From: Opitutales bacterium
GTDB lineage: Bacteria; Verrucomicrobiota; Verrucomicrobiia; Opitutales; JAJFLR01
NCBI GenBank assembly: GCA_021772565.1
Contig: JAJFLR010000001.1
Span: 1-15,532, forward strand
Length of the DNA stretch: 15,532 bases
Direction: 5' to 3'
The notes beneath the pieces are model-generated. The model was not told where the DNA came from. It worked only from the letters and a program-made list of their open reading frames with translations, and did no database searches. Positions 15,122 through 15,532 of this stretch are shown piece by piece. Within the stretch, counting starts at the first letter, position 1. Every line of letters starts with the position of its first letter. The position numbers and the translations under genes were made by a program.

Positions 15122-15532
15122 ATGAAGCATTATAATATAACTGGAAAAATCAGCACTACTGCTGTTAAAGTAGGTGTAGATATTAAAACAGCTCGAAAGT
15201 ATATTGGAGGGGCAAAGTCACCAATTGAGCTTAAGCCGCCGCGTGATTGGGTAACCCGTTCTAATCCATTCGATGGTGTTTGGCACAAGGTGCAAAGTTG
15301 GCTTGAGGTGGATCCTCAATTACAATCGACCAGTATCTTTGAGCAATTGTCTCGAGAGTTTCCAGGTCGTTTTGAGTCGGGGCAACTACGCAGTTTGCAG
15401 CGAAAGATAAAAAGATGGCGAATCGATAATGGCGTGATGCCGGCCAAGCCAATTTATTTTGAGCAGATACATCTGCCGGGTCGGCTATTGGAGTTGGATT
15501 GGTTTAGTCCAAAGAGTTTTGAGGTGAGCATT
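15122..15532 (+). mobile_element. IS21-family transposase IstA-like N-terminus (partial, runs off the 3' window edge; absent from the ORF track because there is no in-window stop)
   Basis: The reading frame from ATG 15122 is open to the window end: MKHYNITGKISTTAVKVGVDIKTARKYI...KPIYFEQIHLPGRLLELDWFSPKSFEV. It has an N-terminal HTH resembling IstA 'IAxxLGVSRNTVRKYL'. The segment 'YFEQIHLPGRLLELDW' fits the IstA 'RFETxPGxQxQVDWG' motif that precedes the DDE core. Confidence 0.55.

Noticed and set aside
15261-15452. 63-aa minus-strand ORF
   Set aside because: It is antisense to the much better supported IS21 IstA-like reading frame, which is open from 15122 to the window end.

Overview
The window is AT-rich and looks like Gram-negative bacterial DNA, with partial transposase genes at both edges. 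An IS66-family transposase C-terminus runs into the left edge (1-603), and an IS21-family IstA-like N-terminus runs into the right edge (15122-15532; not in the ORF track because it has no stop inside the window). The core genes are a DsbD-like membrane thiol-disulfide reductase (-), a divergently transcribed NodT/TolC-family outer-membrane lipoprotein (+), a UvrD/PcrA-family helicase (+), quinolinate synthase NadA (+), O-acetylhomoserine sulfhydrylase MetY (+), a Gly/Ser-rich PEP-CTERM protein (-) and a cytoplasmic SPFH/band-7 protein (-).

The most unusual feature is a 1.7-kb non-coding block at 7420-9098 between the helicase and nadA. It consists of about a dozen tandem copies of a composite unit roughly 111-114 nt long. 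Each unit contains a 37-nt module A (ttgtcatcgcgaggagtgtaacgacgcggcgatccat), a 47-50-nt hairpin-bearing module B (tctacatagattgccacatcccgatttacatcgggactcgcaatgacaa) and short T-rich linkers; two units also carry an inserted palindromic module C. A small GIY-YIG nuclease gene (8078-8374, -) sits in a roughly 375-bp cassette at one specific junction of this array, between an A copy and a B copy. Diverged or inverted solo copies of the same modules recur at 1016-1390, 11523-11540 and 12468-12625. One B copy carries a compensatory base-pair change in its hairpin stem.

Near the right end there is a cluster of tRNA-like sequences on the minus strand, next to the IS21 fragment. It holds two cloverleaf-compatible tRNAs that both have a UAG anticodon but a short variable arm, which is atypical for bacterial tRNA-Leu. 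It also holds a tRNA-Asn(GUU)-like gene whose 3' end is replaced by unrelated sequence, and an isolated T-arm/acceptor fragment. No CRISPR array or rRNA gene was seen. The many short ORFs inside the repeats or antisense to real genes are artefacts.
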